This document shows positions 24,637 through 36,840 of a stretch of 64,000 nt of DNA, piece after piece (the stretch's first letter is position 1; each line of letters starts with the position of its first letter). The position numbers and the translations under genes were made by a program. This stretch comes from Callorhinchus milii (lineage: Eukaryota). The stretch spans positions 744,001 through 808,000 of the forward strand of contig NW_024704742.1 of NCBI RefSeq assembly GCF_018977255.1. The letters run 5' to 3'. The notes under the pieces were generated by a model that saw only the letters and a list, made by a program, of their open reading frames with translations, searched no databases and was not told where the DNA came from.

Positions 24637-25020
24637 TAATAATAATAATAATCGTAATAACCTTTATATTTGATACAGCACCATGCGTGACCGGAGGACG
24701 TCTGAAAGCACTTCACAGGATACACTGTAAGGTGTAGTGACTGTCTTTTGGATTTGTATGTGGCAGATAATTTGCACACGGCAATGTCCCATAAAAAGCC
24801 ACAATGTGAATGGCCAGTTTTATCTGGGAGATCCTTTGGTCAGAATACTGTAAGAAATTCCCTTCTCTTTTTGAATAGCGCCATGGGATCGTTAACCTAT
24901 TCCCACACCACTGCACCGGAGTGTCAGCCTAGAACATGAGTTCAAAGTCTCTATGTAGAACTTGAACGAACTATCCTCTGAACTCAAAGGGAAGAGTGAT
25001 ACCAACTGAGCCTGGCTGAT
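24637..25020 (-). mobile_element. Deu-type SINE with head, tail-to-tail with the previous copy
   Basis: Minus-strand head agccaggctcagttggtatcactcttccc, partial Deu core, tail and (att)n. Confidence 0.8.
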
Positions 25021-25382
25021 TGTGGCATTTTAAAGTGAATTAGGCACACGCGGAGGAAACATTTTAGTGGGGATAGGGAAGAGCAGGGAATGGGGAGTTT
25101 GCGTGGCACAAACTGGTCTTCTGAGCACGTTGAAACCCAATGGTGAAAATGAGGTGCAATGCTCAGATGCTCCCAAGACAAAAGAAATGTCTATTAAACG
25201 TGGGCAGGAGGTTGCGGTGGTAACTGTACAGGGTGTCCACAAAGTCCTGTTGCCCCCATATTTTTGTTCCCGCAGTCCACTGACCACAGCTGAAACATGT
25301 GGAAGAACGATGACATTTAGAACTACATTTTTGTATTCAGTACAAGTGTTTAACGAGGTTTAAACGTCCGGAGGGTCGGGTG

Positions 25383-25413
<31 letters not shown>

Positions 25414-26724
25414 CAGTCATTTCCCCAGCAGATAATGATCTGTCACTATGTTAGGTGTGACATCTTCCATAACGTGGACGCAGTGACGAGGAAGTTACTG
25501 GTGTCGGACATTGTTACGCTCCACACATCTGCAACAGAAAATAAAAAAACCCACTGTAAGAGAATAAAAACACAGGGGGTGTAACAGAACTTTGCGATCA
25601 CCCTGTACAGGACACACAGGCAGCATCACCTACCGAAGAGCAGACCCGTTTGTGCTCCGGGAGGAACTCAACACAAATATTTGTTAGTCCTTGTATTGTG
25701 CCGATTTGCGGCAACATCTTACACTTCTATTTTTTTTAAAAAAACAGTATAGGCGCACACAGCACTTACAGGCCTGTGTGGCCCTCTAATAGCCAAGAAA
25801 ATGCGTCAAAAAGTGTTCTCCGAGCACCCCCCCACCCCCGCCCCCCACTCCACCCGCCCCGATTGCAAAATATTGTGTGGATTTAGTGCCGATGAATAGA
25901 ACACTTTGAGATATCATGTTTCGATCCAGATTTACATCTTTCCTGTGTCTGAAAGGAGCCAGCTGGAGTGTCTTGTTTGGTGAGTCTACATGTTTTCTCA
26001 TTCTGAAGTGATCTAACTTCCTGTGCGTAGATTAACGCTGGCAGGTTAATGCCTTTTCATTCACGCGGCCACAGGCTGGGCAGACAGGTTGCGATTCCCG
26101 AGAGGCACTGCTACGCTACTCAGGTGATGCGAGAGAGAGCGAGAGACAGGTAGATCAGGTATCGGACTCACGGGAAAACAAACCCTGCCTTCCCTTCTCT
26201 CTTCTCACTACAATTGCTCTTCTTGGGCACTTTCACGCGGCAATGATAAGTTGCAAGATTTAAACATCTGGTGTTTCCCAATTCCTGATGAATAGTACAA
26301 ATAGAATTGATGTAGCAGCCAAATGAAGGGTTGACTTAAATGTAGGGGTGAGGGTGTGTGAGTGTGTGTGTCGGGGGGGGCGTGTGGGGCAGGAGGTCAG
26401 CACAATCCACATCCACAACCTGACCAGAGCCTTTCCTAACGGCCCAGGGGATAAAAAGTGCGGTTACTTGAGCTTACTTACTTGAGGGTGGGGGCTATTG
26501 CTTAAGAAGCATTTAGTAATACTGAAACATTGTTGTTCTGGGGTGTAAACTTGGAATAAAGATTTAGTTGGTCAGGGTGTAAAGTGCTGTGGTCTTTCAG
26601 TGTCAGGCTGTGTGTTTCTCAATGGTCCAGCAGGTTCAATACGGTGGGTATCTGAACCAAATCGAGTGGGAAAAAATGGTCCAAGCAATTGCCTCAGGTC
26701 TGTGCTCTCTCAGCCAGGGCCATA

Positions 26725-27065
26725 AAAACTATTTGCACTTATATACTGCAGTATCTTTCACTTTGAATAACATCTCAAAGTGCTTCAAGTGGAGCAGGAC
26801 TGAGGCGGGAGAGGGAAGTGGAAGAAAAGTGATGAGAGATTTGCAGAAGGTATTGACAGAGGAATAGGGGTGTGAGGTGAAGGCATTTTGGGGAGAGAGC
26901 GGCGGCAGAATGGCTGAAAAGTCACTTGCCAATGGACGGGGGCTCGATGAAGAAAGCCCAAGTTAGAAGGCTAGATGACTGCAGGAGACCACGGAGGTCG
27001 GGTGGGGGAAAGGTGTGGTTGATGTTAAGAGTAAGACCAAGGATGTTGAAGTCGGGATAAGGAGA
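26725..27065 (-). mobile_element. Diverged L2 3' fragment
   Basis: L2-like tail (ttgcacttatatactgcag...caaagtgcttc) and degraded ORF2 end. Confidence 0.5.
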
Positions 27066-27089
27066 CGGTGGAGAATGGTGAGTGTGGGG

Positions 27090-27430
27090 ATGATCAACTC
27101 CTGGAACCTGACGGGGGAAGGAAGTTCTGGACAATCTGGAACTTGCGGAGTGTCAAACCACACAAGAGCATGAGAGAGGCAAGTAGTTGGGGGTGCTACA
27201 ATTGGCCTCAACTCCCTTGGGTTAGTGAGGGGGAAATTAGCCACTGTCGGCACTGCTGTTTGCTATCCACAGACCGTTGCTGGTGGGTGTACGTGTGTGG
27301 ATGTTGGTTAAGTACAAGATCAAGGTCAGCTGTGGTACCCTCATACTCAAGTAGTCTTGACATCACTCACTGTCCAGGTTCCCACATGAAAGTTCCAGGT
27401 CAGGCAAGGTACCAGGCACCTGTGCTGCTG
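27090..27430 (+). mobile_element. Third, older SINE-like family (family C)
   Basis: Body ggggtgctacaattggcctcaactccc...gggggaaattagcc...gtgtgtggatgttgg; related inverted copies appear at about 12780-12880 and 51490-51730. Confidence 0.45.
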
Positions 27431-27433
27431 TAG

Positions 27434-27550
27434 TAATAATAATATTAATAATAAGCCTTGCATTGGATACAGCGCCTCATTATTACATCTTCGAGACGTC
27501 TCGAAGCCCTTCACAGAAGAAACTGTAAAGTGAATGGACTGTATCCTCAT
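27434..27550 (-). mobile_element. Family A SINE tail
   Basis: (ata)n-ccttgcattggatacagcgcc...tcttcgagacgtctcgaagcccttcacag. Confidence 0.8.
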
Positions 27551-29484
27551 GTACACAGTATGAGTCACTCATCACCTTCAGGGAAAAGGATCAGACATCT
27601 TTTGTGAAAGAAAAAAAAAGTCCTTGCTTTTCCCAAAATACATCATCAATACATCGAGTTTAACATCCTTGCCCTTGTCTTGCAGATCCCTTCACTGCTT
27701 TGCCCTGGCCTATTCAAAAAAAGGACTTGTTTTATCACCCTTTGCAATGTCGAAACGTCTGAATACATTACAGTTGTTACAGTAGTAAATCAATAATATT
27801 CCTTCAATCTCCAAGCCTGCATTCCAGCCCGTACCCTCTGGTCTGTCACTCTCTGCCCAGTCTTTTCATTCCACCATTGGTGACTGAAACATGAGACACC
27901 AATGGACCCCTCTTTCCTCTGAATATCACTCTGTCAAAGGTACTCCACCTCGCAACCTCTTCAGAAACCGCCCTGATTTCCTTGCTTGGTGCTCACTATG
28001 GTAATCAGGCACTCTGAGCTGTTATTTTACGTGAATTGCACTATGTAAATGCCGGTCGTTGTAATACTACACTAAGTGAACAATTGATGTTATTCAAAAT
28101 GTGTGGCACTGACATACAAACAACGCTTTACATTCTAGCGACGAGGAAACCCGATGCTGCTTTTCACAAAGATCGTGGCACGAGCCTTTTGAAATCGCTT
28201 AATTCCTTTCCCCTCCCATCCTCGTGCCGCTCTTGTGTACCTGGCCCAGCGAGTGAGATGGCTGGAGCGGCTGGGAGAGGAGAGGAGAGGAGAGGAGAGG
28301 CTGGCTTCTCTGGGTGGGTGTGGCTTTTCGACAGGTATTCGGGTTGCTGCCTTGGCAGCTGCTTGTACCAACTCTGTCCTCGCTGAAGTGAATACATAAT
28401 GGATTCTCTCCAGGGTCAGGCTAACCTGGTGCAGGCTGCGCTCTCGCAGGTCGGCTGAGCACAGTAAAGCCTCCAGTATTGTACTCTGTTTCACAGCTGC
28501 CGTCTCCCCAGGTTCCATTTTTAAAAAAAAAACTGGCGTCCAACATAATACTTGCGTCTTTTGCACATACCTGGGCCTCCTCAAACCACTTCTCTTCCTC
28601 CCCCAACCTACCCCAATCCTCCCACGCCCCCCACACCCCACCCCGCCCACCAATCTTCGTTCCCTTTGCGAAATTTCCGGAGATGGTAAGGAGGTAAAAT
28701 GGATTTCCTACCTTTAAAGAGCGACAGTTTTCTTCAAAATAAATGGCACAAATAAGACTCGGTCGACTTGTACAACAGTCGGATGTTGTAGGAACCCATT
28801 TCCTCGATAAACTCCTCAATCCCAGCTTTGATATCTTGTAGTCACAAATAAAGCCTTTCATCTCTCCCAACCCAGATTTTTCTCCCACTTCCTAAACTTT
28901 CACCCCCACGTTTCCCCCAACTTTTTCGCCCTTCCACTCCCCACTTCCCCCGATCTCTCTCCCCTTTCCTCTCCTGTTTCACAGTCACCGACTCAGGCTC
29001 CTCACACAAAGGGCTGATTATTCTCCCTGTGACAAGGACTTCAGTGCATTTTGACAAACTGCAGTTAGAATGCGAAATCCCGCCGGTCACATCCAGCATC
29101 AAAGTGCACACACACACACACCCGCGCACACACACACAGCTTCACAGCAGTTTAATGTTTCATCTGAAGGAAGACACCTCCTGATAACGCACATGACTCG
29201 ATGTAGAAACCATAGAAATTCACAGCTGCAGAAGAAGGCCATTTGATCCATCATGTCTGTGCTGGCTCTTTTAAGAGTCACCCTTTCAGTACCATTTCCC
29301 TGCCCTTTCCCCATCCCCCTGTTGCTTACTCCTTTTTAGAAGTATTTACGTGGGGCATGTATCCAAAACGGAACGATTTAGTGTTACCAACTGAGCCAGG
29401 CTGATAACTTCTGTGTTGTGTGCAAGAGCCATATCTGGTACACCACAGATCCTCGGTGCAACCAGTTACAAGCTGATAACTATT

Positions 29485-29603
29485 GGATCGTTTCGCCCAC
29501 AAAACATACAGTCGGTTCACTTTACAGCATACCGTGAAGTGCTTTGAGACGTCTCGAAGACCTGATAAGGCGCTGTATCAAATGCAGGGATTATTATCAT
29601 TAT
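29485..29603 (+). mobile_element. Family A SINE tail
   Basis: cgtttcgcccacaaaacatacagtc...gagacgtctcgaagacctgataaggcgctgtatcaaatgcaggg(att)n. Confidence 0.85.
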
Positions 29604-31112
29604 GACTACAGTGCCGTCTGCATTGCGACATCAACAACCAATTACGGGCAGGAGGGGTTGTATTAGCTCACTGAACAGTATGGATTTGTTTATACTAAAA
29701 AGCGTACCCAAGAGAGCAAATCCTCACAGCTCACGGCCGCTGCCGTTAAAGACCACGGTGAACCATGGTTCCATTTTGAAGTCGTGGGAAGTGCAACGTC
29801 GTGTGTGTGTGTGTGTGTGTGCTGCAGTATGGGGTTAGTAGTTCCCCCAACTTTCTTCCTTCAACTTTCTACCATTGGGTAGGGAGTGGGAGAGAGGGGG
29901 GTGGGGGGGGTGGTGGCGGTGGCTGTTCCAGGCAACTGGAATCGATCGCTGGCAACCAGACAATATTCTGTTTTGTGTGCAGGGGGGAAAGAGGCAGAGA
30001 GGGAAAGCGGACTGAATTAAAAATAGTCACTCTGATTCCGTTGAAGTCCAAACCCGCTGAGCGTTTCTGTCCGTTTCCGTTCGTCAGCCGTAACCCGAGC
30101 GAAGAGCGGGGGTGGGGGTGATGGCGGGGGGTGCAGTGGGGGTAGAGGCTGGGCTGTACCTGACTGCGTTCTGCTGAAGTGCTGCCGGGGAATGGGGACG
30201 GGGGGGGTGGGGGTGGTGGGTAGGAGGGACACAGAGAGAGAGGGAGAGTGAGGGCTCAGGTTGCTAGCCTGCAGCTGTTGGCTGGGTGTATCTGTGGCAG
30301 CGACTTAGTGCTCATTGTCTCGGTGCGTGCAGACCTCAAATCTCTCGCGTGAGATTATAGGCAGGAGTCTTGCTGCGGAGGCACCTGACTAATTAAACAC
30401 TACAGCCCAGATGCCTGGGAAACTGGACAACAGGTACAGGTGTAGATCAGCCTGAGTGACAGAGGGGGCCATTAGACAACATCTGGTGCAGCAGGGCTGG
30501 CGACCGACCGCTCTGTAATCACTGCGGTTTTAGAAAGTCTAGTAGCTGTGTGTAGCTGGGGGATTTAGTAGAGAAAAGACAGGATGGGGGTTGACCCACA
30601 GGGATTTGGGGGCAGCGTGNTTTTTTTTGTGTTGCGGTGCGGAAACACAAACACGGCTTTCACGTGGCAACCATTGTTGACACCCACGCCCGTCTACCAT
30701 TGCCTTCTCGTCAGTCTGTGCTTCTCCAACAGCTTCTGACAGACGGCCTCTGGAGAGAGTCTTCCTGTGCCTCCTCCTCCTCATTCCCCCCACCCCCCCC
30801 TCCTTTTATCAATTTCAATAAACAGATGCCGGCAATTTATTTTTAAGCGGTGTTTCCCTCGATCGCCTTGTGGCGAGAAACACGCCGTCGTTTCATACTG
30901 ACAAAGGACCCTGTCGTTTCTCAACCTGAACCATGGTTTGACATGCTCGGCACCTCACGCAGAGGATAGATGAGGGGCTCGGACCCCAGGAGAGCGCGAG
31001 TGAGTGATGGACAGCACTGCAGTCGCACACAGATTGTATCCCACGATTGGCTCCTCTTTCGTGTGTTCTGTTGCCACCACAATTTAGACAAGTAATAACA
31101 GCGCTGAAATCA

Positions 31113-31498
31113 TAATAATAATGATAATAATCCTTGCATTTGATATAACGCCTTATCACGTCTTCGAGACGCTTTTTTCAAAGCGCTTCACAGAATACCC
31201 TGTAAAGTGTAATGACTGTATTTTGAGGGTGAAACGCGGCAGCCACATTGCACACAGAAGCGTCCCACAATCAGTCGCGGATTGAGTGGGCAAATTTTTT
31301 TTCTTTGTGAAGGGATTATTATCCCCAGAAAAGTGATCCGCCAATCGACTAACAACCAGGTTCCTTCTTACTGCTAGGTAAACAGAGGCGTGTGTGTGGA
31401 GGAAGGAAACTTGCCCCACGTTTCCCCCTGCCCGGGAATCGAAGCCGGGCCCTCTTGCTTGCGAGCCGAGTGCTCTAACCACTGAGCCACAGGATTCC
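31113..31498 (-). mobile_element. Full-length family A SINE (long form)
   Basis: Minus-strand head ggaatcctgtggctcagtggttagagcactcggctcgcaagc...ggcttcgattccc, central gcctctgtttacctagcagtaag segment, and tail. Confidence 0.92.
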
Positions 31499-32359
31499 AG
31501 AGCAATAATGGGCTTGAAGAAGTGGTAGCAGGAATTGTGTGCGGGTGGGCAGAGAGGGCTGGGGGAGTTTAAACCTTGTCTACCTCGATTTTCCTATCAT
31601 TGCCCATGGTTTTTGGAATGATGAATGAAGGGAGGGGTGGGGGGGGTGTGGGGGTGGGGTAAGAACGAAGAAACGCAGATTTCCTCCTGGACTCAAAACG
31701 TGTCAAGGGTTTGCCGCTCCACCGAGTTCATTGTTCGACCAACTCAACAGCAAATTGGTTGGTGCGAGCAGCTGAATAGCAGGATCCTGTGGGATCATCC
31801 TCGGTCCTGTAAACTGTGCCCTGCTTCCCGGAGTTATGTATTCGCTGCCTTCACAACATCATAAGCGACCGGGTGTGAGAATGACTTGTAGGGGGTCAGA
31901 GCTCACGGAATGCGAAGGGCGTTGCGAGGAGGGCCTGTGGTACTTCGCTTCATTCATGACGCCCTTAACATTCCTTTACCTCTGACCCTCAAAGGCCAAC
32001 CCGGCTTCCTGTTATGGTGTTGTGAATGGAGTGAATTGTGAGTAAATTGTTAGCACACCATTTGTTGTTCGGCCTTTTAAAGCACTTTGCTTCCTGTACC
32101 ACAGAGCAGAGACACTGAATGAATGCATCCAGTTGTTAATTGTTTCGAATGACCGAAGCCTTTTTTGGTAAGAGGGCTGTGGTGTTCAGGAACTCATGCC
32201 TTGCAAGCAAGGAAAGAAACCGTCCCTTTATTTTAGCTGATGTTCAGGCACAGACTTATTAAGGTCAAAGATGCTGCTGCTGAGCCCAAATTCATGGTAT
32301 AAAGTACGGAGGTTAAAATTAGGGCTTCAACTGATGCAATAACAAATTATAATCTGCAT

Positions 32360-32840
32360 TTTGCCCACAAACCACACAGTCACTGTATGTCCTGTGAAGT
32401 GCTTTGGGATATCCCCCTGATGCGGAAGGCGCTATATATACCAAATTAAAGGATTATTATTATTATTGTTATTAATGTAGTGCCTATAATGTCAAAATGC
32501 CTCCAAAAGAGTGTTGGTATTTGCAGGCAAACACAGCAAACATTTGCCCCAGGAATGGTTTAGAAACAAACATCATGTGAACGACCAATTTATATGAAAC
32601 ACTTCTGTCCGGGACGCCAGATTCTCTCTTGGAATAGCCCCATAAGATCTGAAAAACAGAGCAGGCAAGAGCTTGGTTTAACGTCTCATTGGAAGAGACG
32701 GCAGCTCTGACAATTCAGCCTTCTGTAGCACTGTATTAAAGTGTCAGCCTGACCTGGGAGCTCAGTATCCCGAGGCGGGGCTTGAACCCACGAGATTGTT
32801 ATCCAGAGGCAAAGGTGCCACCAACTGAGCCAGCTGGACA
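32360..32840. mobile_element. SINE tail (+, 32360-32475) abutting an inverted Deu-type SINE (-, about 32475-32840)
   Basis: Tail aaggcgctatata...gg(att)n, then a minus-strand copy with head ctggctcagttggtggcacc...gtgggttcaagccc. Confidence 0.7.
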
Positions 32841-33024
32841 CCTAGGAACATGGAGGATTGGCAACGCTTGAGGTCTGTCAGGCTGCTCCCAAAGTTCAAA
32901 ACATACCACACAGTAATCGTGAGTCGTCAGAGAGCACTCCTCCCCCCCCCCGGGAGTTATAATAATAATAATCTTTACATCCAATGTCGCTCCTTGCACT
33001 TTGGGAGAACGTCTCACAGGGCTT

Positions 33025-33478
33025 CACAGGCCTCTGTCTATAGATGCAGGTACGTGTCCTGTGTTCAGGCCTGTGATAGTGTACAACAGACCATAATAAT
33101 GCAGGGTGGTCTGTAATGATGCAGAGAAACTTGTAATGATACAGGAAGGCTGAGGGTAATGTGGAGAAGCCTGTAAATGACACACAGGCCAGCAATGACA
33201 TGCCTAGGCCCATGGAGACACAAGTAGGCACATTATAACACGGGTGAGTGGGGAAGACTTTGGTAAGCTCAATATGGCTTGTGGTTAGGTCAACAATAAC
33301 ACAGATACTCACAGATAACCGTGCAGTTACGGTCTAGAAAGGCACAGTCAGGGCCTTAGTAACCCTTGTAAGCTGCTGATGATACAAGTAGGCCTGTGAC
33401 GACTGACTGACGTGTGTAGGACAATAAAGACTGATGAGTGTCGTCCTGTAATGACTGATGTGCGTAGGCCTGTAATTC
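33025..33478. repeat. Decayed minisatellite built on (a)ggcctgtaatgac-like units
   Basis: Recurrent ggcctgtgata / gtctgtaatgat / cttgtaatgat / gcctgtaaatgac / ggcctgtgacgac / gtcctgtaatgac / ggcctgtaatt. Confidence 0.55.
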
Positions 33479-33493
33479 TCCCTCCTTCCTCCA

Positions 33494-33820
33494 AATAATA
33501 ATAATAATAATAATCCTTGCATTTGATATAGCGCTTTTCACGTCGGGAGGACGTCCCAAAGCGCTTCACAGAACACACTGTAAAGTGAATTGACTGTATA
33601 TTTGTGGGCGAACGCGGCAGCCAATTGCGCACAGCAATGTCCCACAAACAGTCGTAGATTGAAAATGACCAATTTATTATTGTTTTTGGTTTTGGAGGGA
33701 TTATTATTAGGCTCTGTGTGGAGTAAGGAAACTTGTCCGAGGTTTCGCCCTCTGCCTGGAATTGAACTCAGGTCTCTCACTTGCAAAGCGAGTGCTCTAA
33801 CCACTGAGCTACAGGACTCC
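33494..33820 (-). mobile_element. Young full-length family A SINE (short subfamily)
   Basis: Near-identical reverse complement of 8893-9219. Confidence 0.93.
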
Positions 33821-34344
33821 ACAATATAATATAAGTTGTTGTTGTAATGGCGTGCGCAGGGGAGCAGCAAAGGATGGGAGAGAAAGGCACAAAATAATAA
33901 AAGAGGCCTAAAGTCACAAATTAAAAGCAAAGTACCTCCTGGCCTCCTCCTCCCCACCTCCCCCCCCCCCCCCATTCCTCAGAGACGTAAGATGACATGG
34001 CTTCTATAAGTGATCCCTGGGGATGGGCTTAAATAGCTTCCACCATTCAGCTACAACAGGCACTTTGTATTCAGCAAACACATGTAGTCTTTTGACTCCT
34101 AAAACTAGGACTGTGAACCTGACCCGGCAGGACCCTGCACGTGACAAGCGTGAAAGGATGGATCAATCCTGGGGCCGTGTTTTTGAGGGAGTGGATTACT
34201 TTCGGTGAACCTTCTCGGTTGGGCACTTTCTCCAGCTCTTTAAATGCTCGTGGCAGTTTGTAGCAATGACATAATTGAGAGGAGGACAGCAGGAGCAAAG
34301 CCAATGTTTTGTTCCTATTGATAAGGACGAGAAATAATTGGAAC

Positions 34345-34632
34345 TCGCTGACACCTCAGCACGGTGCTGGAGGTGCACTGAATTGTCAGAGGCGCTGTCC
34401 TTCGGGTGAGGTGTTAAACCAAGGTCCCGTCTCTGTGTTCGGGAGACATTAAAGATCCCAAATGGCACTGTTCGAATAGAGAAGGCAGTTTCTCCCGGTG
34501 TCCTGCCCAACCGTCCCCCATTCATCTTTCACTTTAGGGCTATTTCTGGGGCGTTGCTGTGGGAATTTGGCTGCCACACAAGTTACACTGTCACTACACT
34601 TTACAGTAAATGCTGCGAAGTGCTTTCGAGAC
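34345..34632 (+). mobile_element. Deu-domain SINE
   Basis: gaggcgctgtccttcgggtgaggtgttaaaccaaggtcccgtctctgtgttc...aaagatcccaaatggcactgttcgaatagagaagg. Confidence 0.85.
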
Positions 34633-35444
34633 AAACTCCCCACAAACGTGGAGTCAGGTAACACTTGGATGATCGATGTTGCCTTAGAGTGCGTTTCCTT
34701 TTTAAACCAAGGGGTTGGGTGACGGTGGTGGGAAGCCACACGCAAGAAAAACAATACTCTTTTCCGATTGAATGCTACCAAAATCTGTAACCAAAGCACT
34801 TTAGTGCATCCAGCCTCCAAGCCCGATGGCACGAGGCTCTTGCTCCGTCTCTGAATTTATGACTTTCATGATACTCGGTAGCATATTATGTGAAAGGAAT
34901 GTACAGTTAATAAAAGTTTGTTTTACACAAGGCTTGTATTAATTTTACTCATTTCCGAGGGGATTGGCTCTCCGCCAGGAACGTTGTTTAAACATTCTTA
35001 AAGTAATTGGTGTTTTGACAGTTGGTTTTTTTTTGCGCAACAAATGGCTGGAATTTAGTGAAAAGGTCCAGAGGCAGGAACAGGCTGATTACTGATGCTC
35101 TCCCTCCTCCTCCTTCCGTTTTTCCGACTTGCAGTGCTCTGCTCTGTGTCTCCAAATTGGTTCACGTCCCTTCAACCTGTTATTTGGAAACGAAAGAATT
35201 TGCAGCGTTTTTTTTTTAGTGGTCACCTCCCCTCCCTCCCTTCCCTTCCCTTCTCTTCCCTTCCCAGCTTGATGTCAGGCTCTGCCACTGTTAAATGCTC
35301 TGAAATGAAAAGCACTGTATAAATACAAGTTGTTGTTGTTTGATCGTGCCAAAATCTCTCAAAGAATGTTATAGTAATTCAAGTGAGTGATTTGGCAGCA
35401 AGATCCCACTGACCGATAGGAGGTCAATGACTGTCGGTTCAATG

Positions 35445-35715
35445 ATTCAGTGGGCGAAACGCGGCAGTAATTGCACACAGCAATGTCCCACAAACAGTCG
35501 TGGATTGAGTTGACCAAATTATTATTCTTTGAGGGGATTATTACTCCTGGAAAGTGATCCGCCAATCGATTACCAACTGGGTTCCTACTGACTGCTTGGT
35601 AAACAGAGGCGTGTGGAGTAGGGAAACCTGCCTAAGGTTTCGCTGTGTCCGGGAATCGAACCCGAGTCCTCTTACTTGTGAGGGGAGTGCTCTAACCAAT
35701 GCACTACAGGACTCC
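35445..35715 (-). mobile_element. Family A SINE lacking its 3' tail
   Basis: Minus-strand head ggagtcctgtagtgcattggttagagcactcccctcacaagtaagaggactcgggttcgattccc plus body. Confidence 0.88.
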
Positions 35716-36479
35716 ACAATATACATATATATATATATAAGTGCAAGTTGTGGTTGTTGTGTATGTTACCAAGAGTGACTAGTCTGGCATCTTGTATCAA
35801 AGGTTGTAGTGTGGGGTGGGGTGGGGAGGGGGAAAGAAATGGTACGTCTGCAGTCAAAACAAAGGAGCCAGTGGGCGTTTGCACTGAAGAGTAAGTATTG
35901 AATGACCCTCTGGACAGGTGTCACCTCGTGTACAGAATGTGCAGCAGTCTTCTCTGCGTTCACACAAATGCCCTCTTATTTGGCTTAATCTGAGTGGGAT
36001 GTGGGATCTGGTCCAAGTCAGTGATTTACTCCCAGCATAACGGGGAAAGCCCATAAGTCTGAACAGCTGTGGCTTAATATTCTCCACACCATTTCTTGGG
36101 ACTCGGTATCAGATATGTTTGTTGTCACAGGACTTCCGTTTTTCAAGTGAAGTATAAAGTGTTTTTATCCCACGGAAGAAGAGCCTGACTATATGGGGCT
36201 TTGGGGAGTTTTCTGAATGCATTTCCTGTGCAGAATAGAGAGTTTGGAATTCTTTGCATTTCTGTGTCCTTGGAAGCTGAGAGCCCCATCACCCCACCAG
36301 CTGCAGCCTTGTTCAGCTTTGTTGCCCCAAAGGAGCTCAATGGAGTATTTAAAACAAACTTGAGAGGCTGTATTAGCCTCTGTGGCTGGTGCTCCCATGT
36401 CCGATGCGGCTGCTGACAGGCACAGCCTATAAGCCTGGTTATTCTTTGCCTCATCCGACCGTTTGCCAATATTAATCGC

Positions 36480-36840
36480 GGAGCCCTGTAGCGCATTGGT
36501 TAGAGCGCTCGCCTCGCAAGCGAGAGAGGACCCGGGTTCGGTTCCCCGGGCGGGGCGAAACCTTAGGCAAGTTTCCTTACTCCGCACGCCTCTGGTTGTC
36601 TAGCAGTGAGGAGGACCCCGGTTGTTAGTTGATTGGCGGATCACTTTTCCGGGGGTAATAATCCTTTTAAAAAAAATAATAACTCAATCAATCCATGACT
36701 GTTTGTGGGACACTGCTGTGAGCAATTCGTGTTTCGCCATAAAATAGGTACTGTCAGTTCACGTGATAGTATATTCTGTGAAGCGCTTTGAGGCGTCTCG
36801 GAAGACGTGAGATCAAATGCAAGGATTATTGTTGTTATAA
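36480..36840 (+). mobile_element. Full-length family A SINE
   Basis: ggagccctgtagcgcattggttagagcgctcgcctcgcaagcgagagaggacccgggttcggttccc...aaatgcaaggattatt. Confidence 0.9.
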
